Assembly: GCA_963842525.1 (NCBI GenBank)
Contig: CAWJGT010000009.1
Span: forward strand, 832,001 to 896,000
DNA length: 64,000 bases
Source of the DNA: an uncultured Holophagales bacterium
Lineage (GTDB): Bacteria; Acidobacteriota; Thermoanaerobaculia; Multivoradales; UBA5704
Reading direction: 5' to 3'
The notes under the pieces are model-generated. The model saw only the letters and a program-made list of their open reading frames with translations. It did not search any database and had not been told where the DNA came from. Below are positions 30,681 through 40,817 of the stretch, piece by piece (position 1 is the first letter of the stretch; each line of letters starts with the position of its first letter). The position numbers were made by a program, and so were the translations under genes.

Positions 30681-30793
30681 GCGGAGGCCCTCCTTGACCC
30701 CATGGCTCAGGATGTACGTGAGGCGCTCGATCTGGGCCTGGGGCTCGTCGCTGATCGGGATGGCCTGGAAACGGCGGGTCCAGAGATTTCTGG
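30681..30793 (-). pseudogene. Internal remnant of a HUH/RAYT-like transposase
   Basis: LWTRRFQAIPISDEPQAQIERLTYILSHGVKEGL resembles the Y1 catalytic-Tyr region. Confidence 0.5.
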
Positions 30794-30884
30794 AAGCCGA
30801 CCAACCCTTCGTGCTTGCCGTGCCACAAAGAGGATGAAGAGTGAGATGACCCGTTCGGCGATGCCGAACAGACAAGGAGGTCTT

Positions 30885-31988
30885 ATGTGGCGATCGATGC
30901 AAGTGACAGTTGGAGCGCTTCTCGTCGCAGCCTGCGCCCTGCCGTTGGAGGCGCAGACTGCGACCGATCCGTCCCAAAGCCCCGGCGGGACCCCGCCGGT
31001 GGGAGGGCTCGGCATCACGAGGCTCTTCTGTGAAGGGGGGCCGTGCCATCCGAAGGCGCCGGACGGCGGCTGGGACCCGCGCTTCCGGGTCGAGCCGGAG
31101 GTCCGTGGCATCGAGAAGGACTGCCCGGCGGACAGCGCTCTTTTCCGCGGCGACGTTCTGGTCGCCATCGACGGGCTCCGTCTCACGACCGCGGAGGGTG
31201 GCCGCCGCTTCTCCCGGCTCCCTGCGGACCACCCCGTGACCCTGACGGTGCGGCGGGACGGGGATCTGCGCGACGTGCAACTGGTGACGAGCAGCGAATG
31301 CCCGCCCCCGCCCCAGCCACCGGCGCCGCCACGCCCGCCGGCACCGCCAAGCCCGCCCGCGCCGCCGAGCCAGCCGGCGGTAGTCCCTGCTCCGGCGCCG
31401 CCACCCCCGCCCCAACTGTCGGCCCCGCCCAAACCGCCGGCCCCGCCCAAGCCGCCGGCCCCACCCAAGCCTCCTATTCCGCAGGCCACGGCTCCGCACG
31501 TTTGGCTGGGCTTCAGCTTCGAGTGCCGGAACTGCAGTTATCGGTCGGGTCCGGGAGGAGAGCAGGGCTGGACGTTCGTCGACCTGCCATTCGTCGACCA
31601 GGTCGAGCCTGGCGGACCCGCGGCCACGGCCGGTCTCCAGACCGGCGATCGTCTGACCCATCTCGACGGCATTCCGATGAATTCCCCGGAAGCGGGGCGT
31701 CGCTTCACGGCCCTGCAGCCGGGCCAGGCCATGGTCTGGACCGTGGAGCGCGGCGGCGAACAGCGGAAGATCCGGATGGTGGCCCAGCCGCGGCGGGATA
31801 AGGCCGGCGCCGCCGTCTCCGGCGACGCAGCGGAGCGGCTTCGCTACACCGGTGCAGTCAAGGGGGCTCAGGTCGAGGTGCGGGGCGCCCCTGTCAATGT
31901 GACCGAGGATGCCCGCAACGGTGAGATCCTGATCCGGAGCCGCGACCTTCTGGTGCGGGTCAAGGTGCCGCCGAAGAGTCAGGGGTAA
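30885..31988 (+). CDS. Exported protein with two PDZ domains and a Pro-rich linker
   Basis: AAGGAGG RBS, signal peptide, GDVLVAIDG and VEPGGPAATAGLQTGDRLTHLDG. Confidence 0.85.
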   Translation: MWRSMQVTVGALLVAACALPLEAQTATDPSQSPGGTPPVGGLGITRLFCEGGPCHPKAPDGGWDPRFRVEPEVRGIEKDCPADSALFRGDVLVAIDGLRLTTAEGGRRFSRLPADHPVTLTVRRDGDLRDVQLVTSSECPPPPQPPAPPRPPAPPSPPAPPSQPAVVPAPAPPPPPQLSAPPKPPAPPKPPAPPKPPIPQATAPHVWLGFSFECRNCSYRSGPGGEQGWTFVDLPFVDQVEPGGPAATAGLQTGDRLTHLDGIPMNSPEAGRRFTALQPGQAMVWTVERGGEQRKIRMVAQPRRDKAGAAVSGDAAERLRYTGAVKGAQVEVRGAPVNVTEDARNGEILIRSRDLLVRVKVPPKSQG

Positions 31989-32056
31989 ACCCAGGGGTAA
32001 GCGTCTTCGATTTGAGAGCAACAGCCGAACCGCGGAGCCACTTGGGGCCATTGCAC

Positions 32057-32623
32057 ATGCGATCCGAGCCAGAGGTGCAGGAGCAACTGAATCCAGAGGC
32101 CGATGCCGAGCTGGTGGCCCGGGTGCTCCGCGACGGCGACGAAAGAGCCTTCCGGACGCTTTATCAACGGCACACTCCGGCGCTCCTCCAATTCGTGCAT
32201 CGTCTGTTGGGGAGCGACCAGCGGGAGGCCGAGGACGCCGTGCAGGATACCTGGATCCGGGCGGTCGAGAGATTCGCCGATTTTCGTTGGCAGGCCAGCT
32301 TGCGGACCTGGCTCTTCGGCATCGGCCTCAACCGTGTGCGGGAGATTCGCCGCAAGGCAAGGCTCTCGCAGGGGGAAGCCACCCAGGAGATCCGCGATGT
32401 CTCGCCTCTTCCTCACCTCGTCGAGCGGATCGATCTGGAGGAGGCGATCCGCCAACTGCCTGAGGGATACCGGGAAGTCCTGCTGCTCCACGACGTCGAA
32501 GGATTCACCCACGAAGAGATCGCCGGTCAATTCGGCATCACGAGCGGTACCTCCAAAAGCCAATTGCACTTCGCCCGCCAGGCGCTCTGCCGCCTTCTGA
32601 CCGGGAAAGGAGTCCAGACATGA
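32057..32623 (+). CDS. ECF sigma factor
   Basis: AEDAVQDTW, SLRTWLFGI, LPEGYREVLLLHDVEGFTHEEIA..GTSKSQL. Confidence 0.93.
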   Translation: MRSEPEVQEQLNPEADAELVARVLRDGDERAFRTLYQRHTPALLQFVHRLLGSDQREAEDAVQDTWIRAVERFADFRWQASLRTWLFGIGLNRVREIRRKARLSQGEATQEIRDVSPLPHLVERIDLEEAIRQLPEGYREVLLLHDVEGFTHEEIAGQFGITSGTSKSQLHFARQALCRLLTGKGVQT

Positions 32624-33154
32624 GCCCTGAAAACGACGACCTGCCATCCGAGATTCGTGCCCGTCTTCAATCTCTGCGCCGGGAGCTCGCCCCAAGCGAT
32701 CTTCTGGAAGAGCGTGTCGTGCGTGACCTGCGGGCCCGCGGTCTGCTCCGGTCGCGCCGTCCATGGCTTCGTCCCGCCTCCTGGACCGCCCGGCTCGCAG
32801 CCGGGCTGCTTCTCTTCGTCTCGGGATGGATGGTCGGCAGCCGATGGATGGCAGAGCGCCCTGGAAGCGAAGGCACACCGTCGCAGCAAGGAGCGGTGTC
32901 GGCCGCGGAGCTGGTGGAACAGGCCGGGGACGAGCTCGATTCAGGCGCTGACGATTGTGGCCCGGCAGACACCCTCAGAGGCCAGGGATCAAGGGCGCGA
33001 CGCAGCCCTGACCTCACTTCGCGCGGCAGCGGGAGAGCTCACCCGCATCCAGGAAGACGATGCGCGTCTCGAGCAGGTCATCCTCCTTCTCGATGAGGCA
33101 AGCGGGAAGAGCTCACGTGAGCCTTCTGAGCCAAACCAGGTGTTCTGGTTCTGA
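32620..33154 (+). pseudogene. Single-TM anti-sigma-like protein, frameshift in the G-run near 32927
   Basis: ATGA-coupled to the sigma gene; TM LAAGLLLFVSGWMVG; C-terminus continues in the 32657-33154 frame. Confidence 0.6.
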
Positions 33155-33203
33155 TTAGGGCATAGTATTCAGCACCGGGCCTGGTACCGGAGGAGGACAG
33201 CCG

Positions 33204-33858
33204 ATGAGATCCCCTATCAGAATAACGGTGTCGCTGCTCGCAGCTCTGGCGCTCGCGACGACAGCTCTTTCGCGCGTCGCGGCCGAGAGCACCCGCCGCC
33301 GAGGCGCCCGACCCCTTCTCCTACGACGCACCGGAGGGGTGGAAGTCCGAGCGCATCCCGTTCCCGCTCGGCTTCGCTCCCTCGCTCTCCTACAAAGGGT
33401 TCGAGCAGCTACGCTTCGCTCCGGGGATGTTCGATCCGAAGTCGGATACGTACTTCACGTATTTCTTTTTCTGGTGGCTCGAGGACGAGCCGCACATCTC
33501 GGCCGACGGCCTTGCGCGCGATCTCACTGAATACTACAAGGGTCTGAGCGGCGCCGTGGCGGGCGCCAAGAACGTCACGCTCGACCTGTCGAAGGTGAGG
33601 GCGCGCGTCGAGCGAGCTGCTCTCGAGCAGCCGAAGCTGCCATTCCGGACCGAGCGCTTCGCGGGGGTGATCGAGGCCTACGACCCGTTCATGACCTCTC
33701 AACCCATCACGTTAAACGTCGAGATCTGGGCGTGGCGCTGCGACGAGGCGCGTCGGACGTGCGTGTTCTTTAGCGTCTCGCCGAAGCCGACGACGGACCC
33801 CGTCTGGGCGCCCATGCGGACCGCGCTCGCTTCGTTTCGCTGCGCGCGACCGCAGTAG
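33204..33858 (+). pseudogene. Exported hypothetical protein, frameshift near 33280
   Basis: GGAGG RBS and signal peptide, then coding-like frame ..PGMFDPKSDTYFTYFFFWW.. Confidence 0.55.
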
Positions 33859-33911
33859 ACGGAGGCGTGGCGCCGTCGGCCCCAGGCGGCGCTCACATCG
33901 TCTCTACCTCG

Positions 33912-34464
33912 TCATTGCTTCCCGGAGCCGGCCGCCGCGATCACCCGGCGGCTCTGGGCTTCCAGGGCCTGCTGGGCCCGCAGCGACAGGTCGCTGTAGC
34001 TGCGGCGCGCCCGCACGCGCAGCCCGGAATTGCGCACCTCGAGCCGGATGTCGTGCTTCTTGCCGTCGGCATTCCAGGTCGGCGAGAAGCCGAGCCAGTA
34101 GTAGGCCTGGGTGTCGTCCAGGGTCCGTTCGAGAGCCGCCTCCCGCAGGCCGTTCAGCGAGGCCTTGCCGCCGGTCTCTCTCGCCAGAACCTCGAAGCCG
34201 TAATGGACCCGCCGCTCCCAGCCCGACGTGACGAACCCGTAGCTAGCATTGGAGTCCTCCGGCGCGAGCCCGACCTTGGACGCATCCAGAGGCACCGCCG
34301 AGGCCTGGAGGCCCGACACGTCCACGGGATAGAGCGAATAGCCGAGCAGTCGACTCGCCGACCATGCCCTCGACGCTCGCGCCGGCCGGAGCCGGCTCCT
34401 GCGCGGAGAGCGCCATCGAGCCGGCCAGGAGCAGCAGCGGGATCAGAGTGCCGGGAACCTTCAT
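33912..34464 (-). pseudogene. Internally deleted VWA-domain protein remnant
   Basis: Signal peptide joined out of frame to GYSLYPVD..LARETGG..YYWLGFSP..LRVRARRSY. Confidence 0.55.
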
Positions 34465-34943
34465 ATAGATCCTCCTGTCAGGAATCTCTGCAACGCGAGT
34501 CAGCCTTCGCAAGACGGATGCCGGCCGGAAAAGCCCATTCTGACAGGATTTTGGCGGCCCGGGCGTGCTCGCCGGAGGTCGGGAGACTGCGGGAGCGTCC
34601 TCCGGCGAGGACGGGATGCCCCTTCAAAAGACCTAAAACGAATCGCGAATCTTGCATAACGTGGCAAAGTTCTTGTCGCGAACGGAGTTGGGGCCCGGAT
34701 TGCTGCCTGAATGTCAACGAAGAGCTTGATGGGAGGCTTCCATTGGCAATTGAGCACATCTGCGATCAGGACTCCCTCGGCGTGCTGAAGGTGGCCGGCG
34801 CCCCGATCCATTGCGCTTGCCTCAAATTACCTGTAGAGTCTGGAAAATCATCTGGCCCCGCCTTCAACGCGCGCCTGCTTTCGCGTAATGCTCAACTTAA
34901 TGCAACCTGGATAGCCGGCACCTGCGAAAGGAGACAACAAGGC

Positions 34944-37310
34944 TTGAACGAGGTCGAAAAGCCTTCTGGTGAAGCACCGGCGCCGGCCGCAGCTTCTGAG
35001 CGGCAGCCCGCGGCCAGCCGCCGCCGGCCGCGGCTGGGAAGCCTGGCGTGGCAGGGAGTGGTCGGTCTCCTGGCTCTGTTCTCCCTGGTCTTCATGGGCA
35101 TTGCGCTGGTCATGAACACCTATGGCCGGCAGCAGGTCGCGGAGGAATCCGCCGGCAAGCTGGAGGAGGCCGGCAGGCGGAGAGTGGAGGAGGTGCGGCG
35201 ATGGCTTGGCGGCGAGAGACCCCTCGACTCGTCCAACCTGCAGCGTCTCTCCCAGGCGTGGCAGGGCGAGGGCAGCGGCTACGCCTTCCTGCTCGATCGC
35301 AATCAACGGTTCCTCTCCTTCCCCCGGCCCGAGCTGGTCAAGAAGGCCGGTGCGGCGCTCACCGCCGGCGAGGTGGCGGCTCGCCATCCCGGATTCCGGC
35401 CGATCGTGAACGCGCTCGGGCGGCTGCAGGCGGGCGGCGGAGCGGCAGCGCCGGTCCGCGTCCCGGTCCGAGTCGAGCTGCCGGCCGATCTGCTCAACGG
35501 GGGGCCTTCCCTGGCCCTCGTTTTCCCGGTGCCCGGGACCGACTGGAAGCTGGTCCAGGTCTCTCCCAAGGGTGAGCTGGAGCAGGCCGCCGGCCGCATC
35601 TCCCGCTCGCTGCTGCTGCTGATCTCCGGCATCCTGCTCGCCGTGCTGCTGCCCTCCTATCTGTTCCTCTCCCGCCGCTGGATCATGCCGGTCACCACCC
35701 TGGCCGAGGCCGCCACCCTGGTGCGCGATGGCGAGCTCGACGTGCGGGTCAGCATGCCGGGGCGGGACGAGATCGCGGTGCTGGCGGATTCGTTCAACCA
35801 GATGGTCGACCAACTGGCGGCCAACACGGCCGGCCTGAAGCAGGCCAACGTCGAGCTCGGGCGCTCGCTGGGCCTCACCGACACCATCATGGGGGCGGTG
35901 CGTGAGGGCCTGTTCCTGCTCACCCCCGAGCTCGCGATCGAGGCCAAATACTCGGCCGCGGCGCGGCGGATCTTCGGCCAGGAGGATCTGGAGGGGGCTG
36001 ATTTCCTCGACCTGATCCGCCGTATCACCCCCGAGCGCACCCACGAGCTCACCGCCCGCTTCCTGCGCCTGCTGTTCAACCCGGCCAAGACCGACAGTGT
36101 GATCGCCAAGATCAACCCCTTGAAGGAGGTCGAGGCCTCGTTCCCCAGCCGCAGCGGGCAGTTGGAGCAGAAGTTCCTGACCTTCACCTTCGAGCGCATC
36201 CGCGAGGGCGGCGAGATCCGCCACGCGATGGTGACGGTGGCCGACATCACCCCCCGGGTGCTGCTGGCGCAGCAGCTCAGGGAGTCGCAGCAGCGCATGG
36301 AGCGCCAGGCCGAGCTGCTGTTGTCGGTGATGCACGTCGAGCCCCAGATGCTGCGCGAGTTCATCGAGGACGCCCACACCGAGCTCGAGAGCATCAACGC
36401 GCTGCTGCGCGAGGGCCGGTCGCCGGTGCTCTCGATCCCCGATCGCAACACCTTCTACCGCTACCTGGCGGAGGACATCTTCAAGAGCGTCCACACCATC
36501 AAGGGCACGGCGGCGATGCTGCGCATCGACTACTTCGCCGCCGCCGCCGACCGCTTCGAGGAGAAGCTGGCCGCCCTCCGGGGCCGGACCATCCTGGACG
36601 GCAGCGACTTCGTCCCGATCGTGCTCGAGCTGTCGGAGATGGTCGACAGCCTGGCCGAGATCCGCGGCGTGCTGGCCCGATTCGCCGAGACCCAGCGCAG
36701 CCTCAAGGCAGCCTCCGGCGCCAGCGACACCGAGGTGCTCTCGGCGCTGGTGACCCGCTTCGTCGACGACCTGGCGGAGAAGTCGGGAAAGAAGGTCGTG
36801 GTGGCGTTCCGCGCTCCCGGCGACCTGGCGATCCCGTTCAAGTACAAGAGCGCGCTCCGCAACGTCATGGCCCAACTGGTTCGCAACTCGATCGTCCACG
36901 GCATCGAGACCCCGGCCGAGCGGCAGGTGGCGGGCAAGCCGGAGGAGGGGCACATCCTGGTGGCGGCCCGGCAGAACAACGGCAACCTCGAGTTCCTGTT
37001 CAAGGACGACGGCCGGGGCATCGACCACAAGCAGGTGGTCGAGCGGGTTAAGGAACTGGCCAAGAGCGAGCCCTCGATCCTCGAGCCGCTGATCGACCGC
37101 GAGCAGAATCGGTGGAAACCGGACGCGCTCGACCAGATGATCTTCCATCCCGGCTTCTCCACCGCCGACCAGGCGACCGAAGACGCCGGGCGCGGCGTCG
37201 GCATGAGCGCCGTGCGCGATGCGCTGGCCAGGCTGGGTGGGCGAATCGCGCTACGGCAGAAGAGGGGCCAGTTCTGCGAGTTTCACATCGTGCTGCCAAA
37301 TGGGGGTTAG
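34944..37310 (+). CDS. Membrane CheA-like histidine kinase (sensor-HAMP-PAS-like-HPt-HATPase)
   Basis: Two TMs, GRDEIAVLADSFNQM, VHTIKG, QLVRNSIVHGIE, DDGRGID, FHPGFST, AGRGVGMS; no CheW domain. Confidence 0.88.
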   Translation: MNEVEKPSGEAPAPAAASERQPAASRRRPRLGSLAWQGVVGLLALFSLVFMGIALVMNTYGRQQVAEESAGKLEEAGRRRVEEVRRWLGGERPLDSSNLQRLSQAWQGEGSGYAFLLDRNQRFLSFPRPELVKKAGAALTAGEVAARHPGFRPIVNALGRLQAGGGAAAPVRVPVRVELPADLLNGGPSLALVFPVPGTDWKLVQVSPKGELEQAAGRISRSLLLLISGILLAVLLPSYLFLSRRWIMPVTTLAEAATLVRDGELDVRVSMPGRDEIAVLADSFNQMVDQLAANTAGLKQANVELGRSLGLTDTIMGAVREGLFLLTPELAIEAKYSAAARRIFGQEDLEGADFLDLIRRITPERTHELTARFLRLLFNPAKTDSVIAKINPLKEVEASFPSRSGQLEQKFLTFTFERIREGGEIRHAMVTVADITPRVLLAQQLRESQQRMERQAELLLSVMHVEPQMLREFIEDAHTELESINALLREGRSPVLSIPDRNTFYRYLAEDIFKSVHTIKGTAAMLRIDYFAAAADRFEEKLAALRGRTILDGSDFVPIVLELSEMVDSLAEIRGVLARFAETQRSLKAASGASDTEVLSALVTRFVDDLAEKSGKKVVVAFRAPGDLAIPFKYKSALRNVMAQLVRNSIVHGIETPAERQVAGKPEEGHILVAARQNNGNLEFLFKDDGRGIDHKQVVERVKELAKSEPSILEPLIDREQNRWKPDALDQMIFHPGFSTADQATEDAGRGVGMSAVRDALARLGGRIALRQKRGQFCEFHIVLPNGG

Positions 37311-37314
37311 AACC

Positions 37315-37692
37315 GTGCTGGGGACCAGCGGCAAATTGTTGATCGTCGACGATTCGAGCACCATCCGGCGGAGCATCGAGCGGCACATCTTCTCGGACCG
37401 GGTGACCGAGATCTACCAGGCCGCCAACGGCCGCGAGGCGATGGAGCTGTTCGAGCGCTACCGCCCGGAGTTCGTCACCATGGACCTGACCATGCCCGAG
37501 ATGGACGGCCTGACCTGCATCTCCAAGATGATGGCCCTGAAGCCGGACACCCGCCTGATGGTGATCTCGGCCCTGGGCGACGCCGAGACCGCCATCGAGG
37601 CGGTGGAACGGGGCGCCAACGAGTACGTGGTCAAGCCGTTCTCGGCCGAGGATCTCAACCTGGCGCTCGCCAACCTGGTCGCCGAGGCCTGA
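37315..37692 (+). CDS. CheY-like single-domain response regulator
   Basis: LIVDDS, MDLTMPEMDG, KPF. Confidence 0.9.
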   Translation: MLGTSGKLLIVDDSSTIRRSIERHIFSDRVTEIYQAANGREAMELFERYRPEFVTMDLTMPEMDGLTCISKMMALKPDTRLMVISALGDAETAIEAVERGANEYVVKPFSAEDLNLALANLVAEA

Positions 37693-37707
37693 GGTCCTGG
37701 GAGAGCG

Positions 37708-38163
37708 ATGAGAGACGAGGAGATCAAGGTCTTCATCGACGGCGTGGTGCGCTATTTCGAACGGGTCACCGGCGAGCCGGCGGAGGTCGATCCACCGTAC
37801 CTCAAGGGCGAGGACTCGGTCACCCTGGACTTCACCGGAGTGATCGGCATCTCCGGGCGCCACCGCGGCGCGGTGTACTTTACCTCCGGCGCCGAGCAAC
37901 TGACCGAGCTGCTGCGCCGCTTCGGCTTCGGCGAGACCGAGGTCGGCTTCTCCGACCACGAGGACCTGGTGGGCGAGGTCGCCAACACCATCGCCGGCAA
38001 CGCCCGCCAGTACTTCGGCAGCGAGTTCCTGATCTCGGTTCCGATCGTGCTCTTCGGGCGGCCGGACAAAATCTCTTTTCCCCGCCATCTGAAGAACTTC
38101 GTCATCCCGATCACCTGGCGCAGCCACCGGAGCTACCTCATCATCTGCCTCGAGCGGGCCTGC
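37708..38163 (+). CDS. cheX: CheX-family phosphatase (expected stop missing; frame runs on to 39186)
   Basis: FTGVIGISG, DLVGEVANTIAGNAR (ExxN); end approximate. Confidence 0.8.
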
Positions 38164-38209
38164 GAGCCGAGCGCGCCGTCGACCTCCAACCCTGAAGCCG
38201 GGAGGTGTC

Positions 38210-38947
38210 ATGGACACGATGCCGCACAACTACAACCTGTTCCTCATCGCCCTCTCCTACGTGATCTCGGTCCTGGGCTCCTTCACCGCGCTCAAGCTCT
38301 GCCGCCAGCACGCCGGGGCCCGCGGCGCCGAGAAGTGGCGCTCGCTCCTGGCCGGGGCCCTGGCGATGGGGGCGGGGGCGATCTGGTCGATGCACTTCAT
38401 CGGCATGCTGGCCTTCGACATGGGCATGCCGGTGGCCTACGACGTGCCGATCACCCTGGCCTCTCTGCTGGTGGCGGTGGTCGTCACCGGCCTCGGGATC
38501 TACGTTGTGGGCAAGGGGCCGACCAGCCTGTGGCGGCTGGTCGGCGGGGGCACGGCCATGGGGGTGGGGGTGGCCGCCATGCACTACACCGGCATGGCCG
38601 CGATGCGGATGCAGGCCCAACTGTCCTACGACCTGGTGATCGTGGCGATCTCGCTGGGGATCGCGGTGGTGGCGTCGATCGCCGCCCTTTGGCTGGTCTT
38701 CAACACCACCCGCCTGTGGCAGATCGTCGCCAGCGCCCTGGTGATGGGGCTGGCGGTGTGCGGCATGCACTACACCGGCATGAAGGCGGCGATCATGCGG
38801 CACGACCCGGCGCTGCCGGCCCAGGTGGTAGGGCTCTCGCCCGAGATCCTGGCCTACGTGATCTTCCTGGTGACCCTGGTGATCCTGTCGCTGGCGTCGC
38901 TGTTGGGCCGCGACCGGCAGGCGATCGCGATCCGGCGTACGGCCTAG
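38210..38947 (+). CDS. MHYT-domain membrane sensor protein
   Basis: IWSMHFIGM, AMHYTGM, GMHYTGM. Confidence 0.92.
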   Translation: MDTMPHNYNLFLIALSYVISVLGSFTALKLCRQHAGARGAEKWRSLLAGALAMGAGAIWSMHFIGMLAFDMGMPVAYDVPITLASLLVAVVVTGLGIYVVGKGPTSLWRLVGGGTAMGVGVAAMHYTGMAAMRMQAQLSYDLVIVAISLGIAVVASIAALWLVFNTTRLWQIVASALVMGLAVCGMHYTGMKAAIMRHDPALPAQVVGLSPEILAYVIFLVTLVILSLASLLGRDRQAIAIRRTA

Positions 38948-39088
38948 CTAGGCCGGCGGCGTCCTGTTCGAACCCGGTTCCGTCCTCTGTTCGGCTGGCA
39001 CTTCTGCGGACGCACCTCCCGGGACCCCCTGTCCGCGGTCAAGGCGAGCGGCTGACGGCGGCAGGAAACTGTGCTACAAAAGGCGGCG

Positions 39089-40231
39089 ATGCGATTCCTG
39101 GCTCGAACCCTCCCGCTCGTCCTCGCCTTCGCCTGCCCGTCGTGGGCTCAGCAGCCCTCGCCTCCGCCCGCGAACCCTCCCGCTGACGAGCACCAACACC
39201 ATCACCATGAGAGCCCGGCCCCTGCGGCCGGCGAGGAAGGCGTTCCCCGGGAGCTGGAGATGGAAGGCGGGACCGAGCGGCCGCCCGACTCTCCCGAGGT
39301 GGTCGAGCTCAAAGGCAGGTTCGCCGTCGACTACATGCTCAAGGCGGGGCAGCGGCGCCAGGTCTACGAGAGCTATCTGAGCACCCTCGGGACGCAGGGC
39401 ATCCTGGACGTCCTGGAGGAACGGAACACCCTCTGCCACAACGAGGCGCACGAGCTGGGGCGGGCCGTCTACGCCCATTTCAAGGACGTCGGCCGGGCCT
39501 TGAGCGAGTGCGGCTCGCGCTGCACCTCGGCCTGCCTGCACGGCGTGCTCAAAGAGGCGTACGGCAACAGCACCGTCGACCAGCTTCGCCCGCAACTGGC
39601 GTCGGTCTGCACCAAGGGCGCCATGGCCGGCATCAAGCGGCCCGGCAACTGCGCCCACGGTATGGGCCACGCGCTGATGATGGTCGCCAACAACGACGTC
39701 GAGAAGTCGATCGACGGCTGCTCCGGTTTCGGCAGCCCGGCCATGGCGTACTACTGCGTCACGGGTGTCTACATGGAGCTGTTCGACCAGGCCGCGCAGT
39801 GGAAGGGCAAGGGCACCTTCTATCCATGCGACACCTACACCCGGTTTCCGGCCGCCTGCTACCGCTACCAATCACCCCGGATGCTCATCAAGCTCGGGGG
39901 GGACCGCAACAAGCTGGCAGAGCTGTGCCGTTCGCTCCCTGCCGACCAGCGCAGCGGGTGCTTCCACGGTGCCGGCTTCGCGGCCCTGTTGCCCGTCACG
40001 AAGCAGCCCGAGCTGATCGCCACCGCCTGCCCGGATCAACCGGCCGAGGACCAGACGCTGTGCCTCGAAGGGCTGGTCGAGAGCTTCGCCGCCTACGAGC
40101 CCACCAAGGCGGCGGCGAGCTGCGCTCACCTCCAGGGCAAGGCGGCCGAGGTCTGCCAGGCCGCGGCCCGCGAAGGTACCTACCGGTTGACCAAGCCGTC
40201 GCTGCCGCTTTATCTGGACAAGGATCGATGA
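39089..40231 (+). CDS. Exported Cys/His-rich repeat protein of unknown function
   Basis: Signal peptide, HQHHHH, repeats CHNEAHELG, ACLHG, CAHGMGH, GCFHG. Confidence 0.8.
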   Translation: MRFLARTLPLVLAFACPSWAQQPSPPPANPPADEHQHHHHESPAPAAGEEGVPRELEMEGGTERPPDSPEVVELKGRFAVDYMLKAGQRRQVYESYLSTLGTQGILDVLEERNTLCHNEAHELGRAVYAHFKDVGRALSECGSRCTSACLHGVLKEAYGNSTVDQLRPQLASVCTKGAMAGIKRPGNCAHGMGHALMMVANNDVEKSIDGCSGFGSPAMAYYCVTGVYMELFDQAAQWKGKGTFYPCDTYTRFPAACYRYQSPRMLIKLGGDRNKLAELCRSLPADQRSGCFHGAGFAALLPVTKQPELIATACPDQPAEDQTLCLEGLVESFAAYEPTKAAASCAHLQGKAAEVCQAAAREGTYRLTKPSLPLYLDKDR

Positions 40232-40243
40232 GCTTGAACGTCC

Positions 40244-40726
40244 TCAGATCCAGCGGCGGACCTGCGCCCTGTACTGCCGGTATTCGTCGCCGAACTTCCC
40301 TTCGAGGTACCGTTCCTCCCTGGCGATGACCATTCGTCCGACCAGCAGCACGACGACCGGGCTCAGCAGCAGCGCCCAGAGCACGTCGAAGAGCAGGGCG
40401 ATGCCCAGGTAGACCAGCAGCATCGCCAGATACATGGGGTTGCGGGTCCATCGATACGGCCCCGACAGGACGAGAGAGCTCGTCGGCCGCATCGGCAACG
40501 GGCTCGTCCGGGCCCGCAGGAAGAGCCACAGGCTCCAGAAAAGCAGCCCGAATCCAGGGAGGAGGAGGACTGCCGCGATCAGTCGAGAAGGTGTGCGAGG
40601 CAGCGGAGGCAAGGGAACGAGGCGGTCCAGCAGGAACCCCAGCAGGAACAGGGCGACATAGAGGAATGGGGGAGGGAAGCGAATCCCGGAGCTGTGCGGA
40701 TGCCCGGTCGTGGAGGGGGCGGCCAT
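40244..40726 (-). CDS. Isoprenylcysteine/phospholipid methyltransferase family membrane protein
   Basis: GPYRWTRNPMYL, REERYLEGKFG..YRAQVRRWI. Confidence 0.9.
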   Translation of the reverse strand: MAAPSTTGHPHSSGIRFPPPFLYVALFLLGFLLDRLVPLPPLPRTPSRLIAAVLLLPGFGLLFWSLWLFLRARTSPLPMRPTSSLVLSGPYRWTRNPMYLAMLLVYLGIALLFDVLWALLLSPVVVLLVGRMVIAREERYLEGKFGDEYRQYRAQVRRWI

Positions 40727-40817
40727 GGCAGTGTGATCCTACACTGCATGAGGTATGATACCGCAAAGCCGCATCGCGGCAACGACGCCAAACTCCGCCA
40801 GACTCAGGAGGAGAGGA

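Noticed and set aside
31300-31480. C-rich tandem repeats
   Set aside because: Encode the Pro-rich linker (PPAPPKP) of the PDZ protein
32620-33858. Programmed frameshifting in the split genes (also near 6935, 14450, 22815)
   Set aside because: No shared slippery motif; indels from decay or assembly error are more parsimonious and need read data
33867-34943. N-terminal ~360 aa of the 1147-aa ORF
   Set aside because: Overlaps the VWA remnant and intergenic DNA; an RBS and TTG at 34944 give a more plausible start
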